Below, one piece after another: positions 38,542 to 49,475 of a stretch of DNA of 64,000 bases. A program made the position numbers and the translations under genes. Location: positions 496,001 through 560,000 of the forward strand of contig BAAIJX010000010.1 in NCBI GenBank assembly GCA_054600435.1, given 5' to 3'. A model generated the notes under the pieces. It was not told where the DNA came from. It worked only from the letters and a program-made list of their open reading frames with translations, and did not search any database. Source of the DNA: Neophaeotheca triangularis (Eukaryota). Numbering within the stretch: position 1 is the stretch's first letter; each line of letters begins with the position of its first letter.

Positions 38542-41177
38542 CTACTGCACCTGACTAACAATCTCACTAGCCCGACCCAGACTCTCCACCATCTGCTGAC
38601 ACTCCTTGCGCCTGCGAACGGTATAATCCGACTCCTTGAGCAACTCATCCAGTTCTTGCGTGCGGTACATTTGCTCGAGGAGTTCGCGTTGCATTTCCTC
38701 CTTCGTGTGCCTGTCGAGAAGAAAACCATGGTCAGTTCAAAATTACGCCAAAATGCCAAAGAGGCTCAGTAGTCAGTTCGGAAGTTTTTCTGCCGTTATG
38801 TGTTCGGCCTTTTCCAAAAATACTGCTTCGACGGGGGCTAGAGGCAAGGGAGAGTACTCACGCAACAAGATTCAGCATAATAGCCTTGGGAACCATATCA
38901 ATCATCGTCCTCCTGACAATATTGAAGTAAGAAGTAATCAGCAACTTGATAACCTCGACCTCCTGCGTCTCCTTCTCAGACAGGGTACCGCTCGCCTTCA
39001 AGCTCGGCGGCGGCGCCTCCATGGCAGCCATCTTCTTCTTATTCTTGGAAGCGAAGAAGGAACCGAAAAACCCACTTCCCTCACCGCCATTCTGCCCATT
39101 CTGCAAGTCCAGGCTAGGGGATTGCGAGCGCGGGGGAGCGGCGGAAGCAGGGAGAGGTTTGCCGGTTTTCGGGTCGACTTGGACGGGTTTGGCGGCGTTG
39201 TGGCGCTCGTTGACGATGGCCATGGCGCGGTGGCCATTGAGAAAATCCGGGTGGCCCGTGTTGACGTAGCAGGCTTCCATGGCGACGAGGTCTTTGACGA
39301 GTTTGGACGTCGGGTCCATGGATTTCTTGAAGAAGGCCACGACGACGGCGTAGAAACGCTCTTTGAGGGCTGGGTAGCGGCGGAAAAAGGGTTTGTTGAG
39401 GAGTTGACCGAGGATGCGGACGAGTTCGTCGTAGACGAGGGACACGCATTTTAGGGAAGGTTCTTCGAGGCGTTTAATTTGTTGTTTGACTAGCAGTTCG
39501 AAGGCCATGGTGCCGACGAAGAGGGCGGGGGAAGGTCCGGAGCTGTTGTAGAGGATGGTACGGATGTCGATGTCCTTGACGACATCGAAGGGGTCGACGG
39601 CTTTGACGCCGTTGGAGTAGAGTTCGTGGTAGACAAAAGAGATACGGGCGCCGCCCGAAAGTTCGAGGGAGGAGAGTTCGGCGTTTTGGCCCTCGAGGAC
39701 GGTGCGGTATTCGTTGCTGAATTCGGTGATGATGTTGAGGACAATGTTGGCGCTGTTGCCGAGCATGCTATCGCCGAGACCGGAGAGTTCGGAAGAGTAC
39801 TTTTGCAGGGAGGCGGAGATGCGCGCTTTGATGTCCGGGAGGGTTTGCTTGATGTGCATCATGAGGATGAGGTTAAGCTTGCGGGCCAGGTAAGGCGTAC
39901 CGCAGTACGAGGCCTTGTTACGGTACGCCTTGTGGTTTTCGAAGAATTGCTTCTCCGCCTCTAGAGCTGAGGAAATGGCGCGCTTGTTCTCGATGTCCCT
40001 CTGTCCTCTGTTCACAACAGGCACGTACCCCAGTCGTAGAGGGATGATGCGCCCGGCCAGAATATCCACAACATCCGTACCATCATCCATCAGATCGACC
40101 TTGGTAAGCACGCCGATCGTCCTTTGACCCTCAGGATCCACCTCTCTGGCCAACTTCAACCCATCCGAGTTCGCCAAATCCGTGTTTCCAGCCGTAACGG
40201 CGAGAATGATCGCATTGGGCTTCTGAATCTGCTTCAACACCATCTCCCGAATCTGCCTCTCGATGTCCCTCGGCTGGTCACCAACGGGCACCTTGGTCAA
40301 ACCGGGCAAATCGACCAGCGTAAGCGTAAGGACATTCGGCGAGTAAATGCGCAAATTGATGGGCGCGGGAGAAATACCCGCGTTCTTGCCCGTCTTGCTC
40401 TCCGTCTCTTTGACAATCTCATCGCGAATCTTGTTGAAATCGTGGAACTTCTGGCCGGGAATATGCAAGAACTCTCCCCACTCGTCCGTGTTCGACTCCT
40501 TGTCCGTCGTCTCGACTTTGTTGTCTTCGCTCTTCTCCTCCGAGTTGCCGTTGGCTTGCGGTTTGGGTGCGGACGAGCGGTTGATGAGTTGGAGGATGAG
40601 CGGTCTTCGCGTTACGATGCCTGTGCCTCGGGGGAGACTGGAAGTAAAGCACAACATTAGCATCAAACACCCATTTTGCCTCCTTTCTGCTTCCACGTGT
40701 AGGTGCAACTCACAAGTCCCTCCCAACAATGTTCTCCAGCACCGAACTCTTACCACTCGACTGAGACCCAACTACAGCAATCTGCGGCAAATCGATCGGG
40801 TTTTGGACCTAAACCAGCAACAGGCGGATTAGCAAAACAGCCCACCACGCCTAGCAATCCCGGTAACCCTAGTCAATCCAACGACCGAAACCAATATACA
40901 ACAACTCCAACAATCCAACGAACCCAACCCCTTCCTCCCCCGCCATATGCAAAGGGACAAACTCACCCCAACAGTAGTAAAAACATCCTGCAACTTGTTG
41001 ACCAAAGTAATAAGCCCAGGGTCATTGACATTGATCCTACGCAACCGCAAAACAACAAGACGTCAGCAATCAACAATCCCAAACTCCTGCGCTCCAAAAG
41101 CCTCCCCTGATCCCTCCCCCGTCGAGCTCTGGGAGTTTCGGCTGGACTCACGCGTTCGGATTCATTTGCGCCGCCAT
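38542..41177 (-). CDS. vps1: Dynamin-like GTPase Vps1 (multi-exon)
   Basis: [51 protein letters not shown] and [15 protein letters not shown] motifs; last exon ends EIVSQVQ* at 38542. Confidence 0.96.
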
Positions 41178-41294
41178 GACGGGCGAGCTGCTCTCTCAGG
41201 TCTGTCTGGTATCTGTCTTTTCCTCTCTTCCTTCAACAACAACGACAACCACGTTTGGGTGTCTGTCGCGCTCGTGAGAGCTAGGGGCTCAGGC

Positions 41295-41325
41295 TAGCTA
41301 GCTAGCTAGCTAGGTAGGTAGCTGG
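41295..41325. repeat. (GCTA)n/(TAGG)n microsatellite in the vps1 upstream region
   Basis: gctagctagctagctagctaggtaggtagct is visible. Confidence 0.75.
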
Positions 41326-41937
41326 TGGGTGTTGGGTTCGGAGGGAGCAAGCAACAGCTGTTAAGAAGTCACTCTCTTCGGCGAGGGTATTTGATTTGAA
41401 GAAGAAGGGTACTGCTGATGCTGGAGAGGAGTGGTATCGGCGACAGTGGTAGTGGTAGAGGGCGCAGGCAGATAAGGTAGAGTAAGATAGTTGTAAGGTG
41501 GTTTGGGGAATTATTCGGTCGCCTGATTGATGGGATGGCCAGGTCAGTCGTCACCCGCGCAGCAGCGAATGGAACAGCCCGAGCCCCAGAGAGCGAACGC
41601 GGCTCACAGGTTCAGGGTTTCCCCAAACGGAAGGTGTGGCGGCGTGGCGTTTGATGGAAAGGCTTGGCGGGTGGATGGGACTGTGGCTGAGCTTCAAGTC
41701 TCTTGTACCTACTGTAGTGAGTGTAGTAGGTACTAAGGTAGGAGGTAGTAGGAGGAGGCAGTAGAATAATACAGCAAAAGACGTTGTACGCGAACACGAA
41801 CACTCACACTCGAATAGCAGCATTAACGCCATACACAATCTAAGAGACACATACGCAAACGCACGCTATATACACGCCCTTACACGCGCATACACACACC
41901 ACCACCACCGACTCTCTCTAACCCTCCTTATCATACC

Positions 41938-43817
41938 CTACTCATCAACAACACTGGCAAACTTGTCGTTCATCCTGCTCATCAACTCCTCATACCTACC
42001 CGTAATCTTCTCCTCCCCTTCATCGGGAACCTCAAACTTCATACCCCTCAAATCCGTCTGGATCTCACTCGTAGCCTCCCTCACCTTGCTCCAGCTCTGG
42101 CCCTGCGCGATGGCCTTCTGGCTCTCGTCGTGGAAACCCATCATGGCCTTCATCATCCAGAAAGTCTTCCACAGCGGGCAGTACTGGTCGTAGTCGCTGT
42201 AGCCGTTCTGCTGCAAGAAGTCCTCTTTGAGGAGATTGGCGACGTCGAGGGTGATTTTGTCGCTGTCGCCCAGGGCAGACTTGCCGACGAGTTGCACCAC
42301 TTGGTCGAGGTCTTCGGACGTGGAAAGGAGCTCCTTGATGCGGTCGCGCAGGCGGGGGAACTCGGGGTTGTTCTTGGCGTAATAGGTTTCCAGCGTGTTG
42401 GTGTACTTGCTGTAGGAAGCGGCCGTATTGATCGAGGGGAAATGCTTGCGCTGCGCCAGCTTCTTGTCCAGACCCCAAAAGACTTGTACGATACCGAGGG
42501 TAGACGAGGTAACCGGGTCGGAGAAGTCACCACCTGGCGGGCTGACGGCGCCGACAATGGAGACGGAGCCCTTGCGGTCTGGGGAGCCGAGGGCGACGAC
42601 ACCACCTGCACGCTCGTAGAACGAGGCCAATTTGGCTCCCAGGTAGGCGGGAAAACCTTGGTCAGCCGGCATCTCTCCCAGACGACCCGAGATTTCACGC
42701 AGAGCTTCGGCCCAGCGGGAAGTCGAGTCTGCCATCATGGCTACGTCTTTGCCCTGATCGCGGAAATATTCGGCTGTTGTGATCCCAGTGTAGATGGAGG
42801 CTTCACGAGCAGCGACGGGCATGTTGGAGGTGTTGGCAATGAGGCAGGTACGCTTCATGATGGGCTCCTTGCGGCCTTCGACGTCGATGGTGAGCTGGTG
42901 GTAGAGTGTTAGTTTTGTAACGTAGCTTGAAGGTGTAAAGGGTATAGTCTTACTTCTGGGAAATCCATCAACACTTCAGCCATCTCGTTTCCGCGCTCAC
43001 CACATCCGACGTAAACGATAATGTCCGAGTTGGAGAATTTGGACACGGACTGCGAGATGACCGTCTTGCCGCATCCAAAAGCACCAGGGATACAGACAGT
43101 ACCACCCTGCACAGACGGGAAGAGCGCGTCCAGAACGCGCTGTCCGACCACGAAAGGCTCATTGCTACTGAGCTTGTCGGTAACGGGCCTGGGAACACGC
43201 ACTGGCCACTCGTGCATCATGCTGTATTCCGTCTTCTTGCCCTCAAATTCGAGCTCGAGGATTTTGGTGTCGACCGTGTAGCTTCCCTTCTTGGGCATGC
43301 GGGTGATGGTACCTCTAGCGCGTGGGGGCAGCAAGATGCGGTGAATGTTGAGCAAGCTGTTCTCGAAGACATGACCAAAGCAGTCGCCGCCCGTGATGTG
43401 GTCGCCAACCTTGAAATCCTCGGATGGGGTAAAGTCCCACTTCTTCTCACGGTTGAGCGAGGGCACGTCGATACCGCGGGGGATGTAGATGGAGTTGGAG
43501 CTGTCCGAGATACCCTTGAGCGGGCGCTGGATACCGTCGTAGATTGTCTCCATCAAGCCGGGGCCGAGTTCGACGGAGAGGGGCTTGCCAGTGCGGGTCA
43601 CTGGATCACCGACTGTAACACCTGCCGTCTCTTCGTAGACTTGGATGGTGGCTTTGTCGGCTTCGATACGAATGACTTCACCGACCAGCTGTTCGTGGCC
43701 GACTTTGCACAATTCGTACATGGCGCACCCAATCATGTTCTCGGCGACGATGACGGGACCGGAGACGGAGAAGATGCTGCCGCCGGTCATCTCGTCCTTT
43801 TCGGCTTGGGAACCCAT
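41938..43817 (-). CDS. vma1: V-type ATPase catalytic subunit A, one intron (42895-42953), no intein; possible in-frame upstream start at 44114
   Basis: [15 protein letters not shown]-loop, [24 protein letters not shown] and PPGGDFSDP motifs. Confidence 0.97.
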
Positions 43818-44299
43818 CTTGGAGGATGAGGAGGAAGGAGGAGGGGTTTGTTGTGGAGGGGTGTGGTTGTTGAAGGTGGTGTAGTCGCTCTCCTCTTCTT
43901 GCTCAGAGCTATCCTGTCGCTGCCAGTGGGGTGCGGTATGAGCGGGCTTGACGGGACTGTCGGGTAGAGCTACCTGGGCTCCCTCTTCGGCGGCGGAGGA
44001 GTGAGACGAGTGGGCGGAGGAGTGGTACGGGTGGTGAGGTTGGTGAGAGTGTCTGATGAGGTCGATGAAGGAAGGACGGGCTCTCAGAGATTTGTTGTGA
44101 TTGAGACCCAGCATACACTATTGGCGCTGGCAGCTCTCGAGATGGGTAGACGGTCGGTCGGTTGCTGAGCTCTGCCCGGTACAAGCCAAGGTCGCCAGCT
44201 GCCACTTCCTCTCGAGCCACCTCCCTCGCGGAGTCGCAAGGTAGTAGCTTCCGTACTTAGCTAGTTCTCTTGGCATGTGGTCCAAGCTCAGATGCAAGT

Positions 44300-44366
44300 T
44301 CAACCTCACCTCACTTCACTTCAACTTCACTTCACTTCACTTACATCACTCACCTCACCTCACTCA
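44300..44366. repeat. (CACTT/CACCT)n pentanucleotide repeat upstream of vma1
   Basis: About 12 degenerate 5-mers are visible. Confidence 0.75.
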
Positions 44367-44549
44367 GTCCTCTCGGGCTTAATTCGTTAGGTATGTTTTC
44401 TTAACCTCATCGTGTTCGCTGGCCGTGTTTGTGCATTGTAGAAGTTGATTTGACGGTTCATGCTACGAGGTATTTCCCATCAGAGTCCACTACATCCACT
44501 CCATAGGACTCTCCCAATTCCACAAGCTGCCCAAGGCGTTCCAGATCCA

Positions 44550-45248
44550 TCATCTCGCTCTCCCATCTTTCTTCAACTCCTCCATAACTTCTCCCATCAC
44601 AGCCCTGTAAGCCAGAAAAATCTTCTCTGCAAAGAGAAACCTCTCCGCAAAATATGGCATGCTAGGCGGCTTGCATTCGACCTGCGCCATCGCAAACCCT
44701 GCCCATGCAAGTTGCAACAATATCGTCCTCGCGGCGTCCTTGTCAAACTCACAAGTACCAAGCTCACGATGGAGACCCGGGTGGTTGTTGTAAAAAGAAA
44801 AGGTAACTTTTGCCCCCCCAAAGCGCAGTGACGGTAGCATCTCGAGAACGCCCTCGGCGCTGATGCTCACGCGGATGCTCCTGAATTTTGCCGCGCGCTC
44901 TCTGCCGATGGATCTGAGCCACTTGATTTGCTGGATCGGGATCAATGTGGTGTGCTCCAAATGAATCGTCTTCTCGTGTTCGTGCATCTGCCGGCTTTCT
45001 TTGTGGATTTGACGACATGTTCTGAACAGGGCTGGTGATTGCTCGCGGAAGGGCCGCCTGACGTGTTCCGTGACTGGCTCGGTTTCTTCGTTTGCGTTTA
45101 CGATGCAGTAGATGTAGATTCGGTTACGGAGTTCGGCTGGAAACTTGTCGAGGAACACGCAGGTTTCGTCAGGGGCTGGGTCGGGCCTCGTTTCGCTGAG
45201 CATGTTAGTCTGGTAGGTCAGAGATATCAAGGTAATTGTATGTAGCAT
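44550..45248 (-). CDS. F-box-like (2EXR/DUF7730-type) hypothetical protein; start codon uncertain
   Basis: CVFLDKFPAELRNRIY ... PALFRTCRQIHKE ... WLRSIG motifs; clear paralog of 50882-51622. Confidence 0.75.
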   Translation of the reverse strand: MLHTITLISLTYQTNMLSETRPDPAPDETCVFLDKFPAELRNRIYIYCIVNANEETEPVTEHVRRPFREQSPALFRTCRQIHKESRQMHEHEKTIHLEHTTLIPIQQIKWLRSIGRERAAKFRSIRVSISAEGVLEMLPSLRFGGAKVTFSFYNNHPGLHRELGTCEFDKDAARTILLQLAWAGFAMAQVECKPPSMPYFAERFLFAEKIFLAYRAVMGEVMEELKKDGRAR

Positions 45249-45681
45249 GCCCGTGTGCTACGAGCACATCGACGTCGAGTGAAGGCTGCGCCATGCTTAG
45301 ATGCGTAGCGCTGTGAGCTTGCTGGTAGTGTCTCCAGCTCGACAGATTGACGGAGTATTAAGAGAGTGGTGTTGGTGGAAAGGTGAATTGGGAAGTGCGC
45401 GCACTGCTGCTGCGCCGCAAACTTGGCAGATGACCCACAATTAATACCTTAGGCACCAGCTGACATCCGAGCTCACCTGCGCACCACCTCATGCACCCGG
45501 ATATGACGTTCCAACCATTACCCGGGCGTGAGAGGCCGCCTCAGGTGGCGCAGCCACTTGTCACCAAGCCACAGGCGATCGACGGGTATCCCCTGGGGGA
45601 AAGTATTCAGACTATATATATTGAACCTGTCGCAAACCAACTATGTAGGAAAAAGCACGCCCTCCCAACAAACTTAAATTA

Positions 45682-45890
45682 ATTACAATGGTCTAATGGC
45701 TGGTAACCACACAGACCTTCCCCTCTTGCTGACTCCCCTTAGATTCTTCAGGTGTAGATAAGACTGCGGTTCGAATCCCAGCTCTATAACCCTTCGCAAA
45801 AGCAAACCAGCCTTCGGGTGCGGGTTGCTGCTAAGTGGTTTCTTCTCCCATTGGGAGTTTCTTTTTGCCTTTGAGTTCTTTTTTTTTGGC
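45682..45890 (+). pseudogene. Degenerate tRNA-like / Pol III-type element
   Basis: A-box TGGTCTAATGG (45689), B-box GGTTCGAATCC (45768), imperfect acceptor halves ATTACAA/CTATAAC, and downstream T-tracts. Confidence 0.45.
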
Positions 45891-46339
45891 CTAGTATCTG
45901 ACTATCTGTTTTGTTTGTGGCAAATATATATCCAATACTCGGCAAGTGAAAGCTGAAAACAGCCGACGTACATTGTTGGGGTATAGAAGCAGACCTCGGG
46001 AAGCAAGGACACTGTCAAGGTCTGAACATCATAATAGACTGCAAATATGGGTGCCTCTTGTCTTCTCTGGGCCCGCATCGCACCGACATTTCCCCCCATC
46101 GGCATGACTGAGACTCTACAGGCAAAGAGATACCGCCACGTAGCACCTATGCATCCCAGGTCTGAAACTATCCCAAGGCTGGAGGTATATTCGTGGTAAT
46201 GTAGCTTCGCCGCTTTGACTGGCCCTCTCAAAACCCTAACAACACCGCTTCATTCAGCGCCACGGCCAAATCGAACCAAAAAACGGCTCAAGAAAACTAC
46301 TCCACAGCCTGACACCGTGACCACACTGAACGAACGCTA

Positions 46340-46700
46340 TCTACTTAGGTGGCTCGAGCCCTGCAACTCCCTCTGTAGCAGCAATCGCCAAAACCACATT
46401 CAACAAGCTCCGCGCTTTCCGCAGATTCCTCCCCGGAGGAATGCATCCGTGCCATGAACCTCTGCCCTGAGTACTCCGGACGAGTGTCGCGACTCGCCAC
46501 CAAGCCGACTCCGGTGTGCTTTTTCCTGAGTACGGCACGCGGACGCCTTCACCGACCTCCAGTCCCGCGCGTAGGAGATCCAACATCACCGCCGTGAGCG
46601 CTCCCATTCTAACACCGGGGCGTTATGGCGTATGTCCAGTTTCGGAGCTCGGCGGGGAGACGCCGAGACGGTCTAAGAGGAGATAAGCAGCCAGAACGGG
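46340..46700 (-). pseudogene. Relic of the same F-box-like family; extent approximate
   Basis: The minus strand encodes LLDRL/PAELRNWTY, interrupted by an 8-nt duplication (cgtctc gg cgtctc) that shifts the frame at about 46655-46670. Confidence 0.55.
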
Positions 46701-47169
46701 AGTCACGAGCTGGGTTTTGGCCGATGACGGATGAACGGTACACTGAAGGTGTATATCCCTGAGTCGATCGTGCCTCGGAGCTTTAAGTGTGAGTGTTCCC
46801 GGGAAGACAAGAGATGGGATATGATGGCGGACCTTGTATCGAATCTCGTGCGGGTAGGTAGTTCGGTATGGAGAGGTAGGTCCGAGGGTAATTGTTCAGG
46901 AGCAGGTTGGTTTTGGGAAGACGGACTTTAGTCTTCCGATGCTGTATCATGATGCTTCTTAGCAGCGAGGTGAATGCCAGCAGGCCCTGTACCAGTGTTT
47001 AAATTGAACGAGCATGTGTTTAGCAAGGTCGCAGCTGATCCAGCGCCAGGCTTCGGCATATGAGGGCCAGCTAAGGGAAAGTAAGGGAGAAAAGTAGAGA
47101 TTGAAAATTTAATTGAACTGATGTAATTGATACAGTTTTCGATGTGGCAAAGGATAGGGCTGCATTAAT

Positions 47170-47974
47170 TTTGTTTGCCAATCTCTCTTTCGTCTTGCTG
47201 CGTATTTGTTGTTTCCGTCTTTTTTGGGCAACTAAGTAGCGTTCCACCAAAGCCGATCCATCTGCTATCGGCTTTTCCTGCGTGGTCAGGAAAGATCCGC
47301 GGCACGCTGAGTCTGTCCTCGTCGAAACGTCCCTCACTTACAGCTGCTGCCGCGACAAAGCATCCAGCACCGTGATACCTCTCACCAAGTCACTCTAGGG
47401 TCCGCTAGGACAGCGAGAACATTGAGTATGATCTTTCCCGTTCAGCACTGCCGCTGACAAACCCCTGATCTCAGAATTCCCGTACCGCCGCATGCGCGAA
47501 TCCAACTTACCAATGCCTAACGTCAAGGACACATCCAGCTCAGTCGCAGTTGGCTGCCCAATCCGCACTGACAAAAGAACTCCGCTTCACCAGAGCAGCC
47601 CCAAGGGGTTAGGTCTGCGCAAAGACGAAAGACCACCTATGAAAGAAAAGAACAGAGGAGTCTGGTCTCCCTCGCCAGAGCTGGTCTCCCTTTCGCAAGT
47701 GGTTGACCACGCCCATCATCAACCTCTGCCAGCGATCCGAGCAGATTTCGATGTAATGCTGGCGGCTGACGCCTGCCGCTGGAGTCGTCTCCAGTAAGAA
47801 GCGGGACCGTAATTCAAAGAGAGGGTGTTTGGGAAGTGTTCCTTGGAAGTATTTGTCGAGGTGGATGGGCAAAGCAGTTTAAAAGACTTCATCGTAGACT
47901 AGGAGGCGAATGTCCTTGCAGGGAGCACCGAGGAAACTGTAGGTTGGATCTGTGAAGCCAGCAGAGTTTGCCAT
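47170..47974 (-). pseudogene. Pseudogene paralog of 49476-50297; 3' extent approximate
   Basis: MANSAGFTDPTYSFLGAPCKDIRLLVYDEVF* versus MAASLGFKDPTYNFLDTLPKDVRLLIYEQVFK. Premature TAA at codon 32; the frame continues afterwards, and DRLSVPRI resembles ERLSLPLI downstream. Confidence 0.75.
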
Positions 47975-48309
47975 AAATGCCGGTGGGTATAGCCTTAGGC
48001 TTGAGTGAAGGTTGAGACTGAAGAAAGTGGTTTCTTATGTATCTCAGGGTGCAGTTGGATGGACTTGTAGAAGGAATTGTTTCGTAGAAGGAGGGTGTTG
48101 CAGCTGGCAGTGAGGCCGGGTTGGTGAGTTGTCGTCAACGAAGGCACCGAGGGTGGGTCTGGCTACATGGTGTTCCAAAAAGTGAAAAAGCTCTCCAGGC
48201 AGTTGATAATAAAAGAGAAGCTGTGGGAAAGCCGATCAATAGCTAGAAGTAGAAAAATCCAGGAGCCTAGGTAAGATGGATGCAAGCGAGAGAGTTCAAA
48301 ACAACGAGC

Positions 48310-48630
48310 GGGCGAAAAAGGGCAAAAAGAAAGCCTCCAGTAACTTAAGCACCGGAGGGAAAGTAAACTCTTCCTATGAAGGAGTTGTTTATCTTTAGCC
48401 TACAGACAGTTGCATTTAACGTCGTTGAACTGCGCGACAGCAGTTGGGTTTAACGTCGACAACTGCACGACGCCTTCAGTCTTATTATTTAACGTCGAGA
48501 ACTGAGGAAGAGCGACAAGGTGGGATCGAACTGGCGTCCAGTCGAGGGCGTATCTGGAATGTTAAGTTAGCGTGAGATCGATCGAAGTGGGAAGTTAGTT
48601 AGGCGAACGTACCAATTGTGCTTCGTTGGA
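48310..48630 (-). ncRNA. Candidate structured non-coding element: tRNA-like boxes, three repeated stem-loops, terminal hairpin and T-tract
   Basis: Three CAGT..TTTAACGTCG..AACTG units at 48407-48504; B-box-like AGTTCGATCCC at 48522-48532; hairpin 48334-48358 followed on the minus strand by TTTCTTTTT. Confidence 0.4.
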
Positions 48631-49475
48631 GGGATTAAAGAGTCTGGTGCGAGGGTGAATATATTGCTTACCCCGTTTCATGGTAAGATAGATGATTTGG
48701 AGCGACGACCCGGGCTCAGGTGTACAGTATACGCTTAGGTCCTTAGAACCTTGTCCTGCCTATATATATACCCAACGCAAGGTACATTACCAGGAGTGGA
48801 ACCAGTGCGTGTAGACGACACGCTGCAAATGGCATAGAGACTGCGCGAGGGACATATTAGGACTGACAGGCGGTGAGGCCATCGTTCCAACTCTTGCATT
48901 CTTCCCTTTTCGTTGGCTCTGCAAAGCTACGTGCTACAAAAGGAGAACGGCTAAGGAGCGTCCTGGCTGTGCTCGATGTGCTCATCTTGAGCTGTCTTTA
49001 CCAGATTTCTTCTACTCATCCCTCCCAAGCGAACTGAGTTCGCAAAAGAACCAAGCTTTAGCGGTCTGAAAAAGGCACACCACCGTCCGTTGAGATGGAA
49101 GTAGAGGTGCTTATACCGCCTCAAGTCTTAACGCTTCGCCGGGAAGCCTAGCTCTGCTCACGGCCCCCTCTAATCTGCAGTGTGATGGTGACGGGGTTCA
49201 GCAATTTACAACCTACCGAACCGTGTTGCGGATAACAATGCAATTCATTTGACCGGCAGTGGTCTTCAATTTCAAACAAAAATTGCATTTGTCCTCGAAC
49301 TTCGGCACCAATGCCTTAGTACACGCGCAGCGGTGAGGTTTGGTTTTGAGCTTTGCATATCTTCATTCCGCTGGAGGGTTCAAAAGCTAAGTAGTACAGA
49401 AAGAAGAAAGAAAAAGGAGTGTGCTGGTCGGGCTCGTCTCGAGCTCTCAGATGAGCTAGGCCATGGCACTATCCT

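Noticed and set aside
42960..43030. VMA1 intein (VDE)
   Set aside because: The insertion site [14 protein letters not shown] is uninterrupted. The nearby break is an ordinary 59-nt spliceosomal intron.
45740..45755. tRNA-Sec or opal suppressor (CTTCA after removing the intron-like insert)
   Set aside because: No convincing anticodon stem, D stem or long variable arm can be folded; likely chance.
48407..48504. CRISPR-like array
   Set aside because: Eukaryotic context, only three imperfect units, spacers of about 8-11 nt, and no cas genes.
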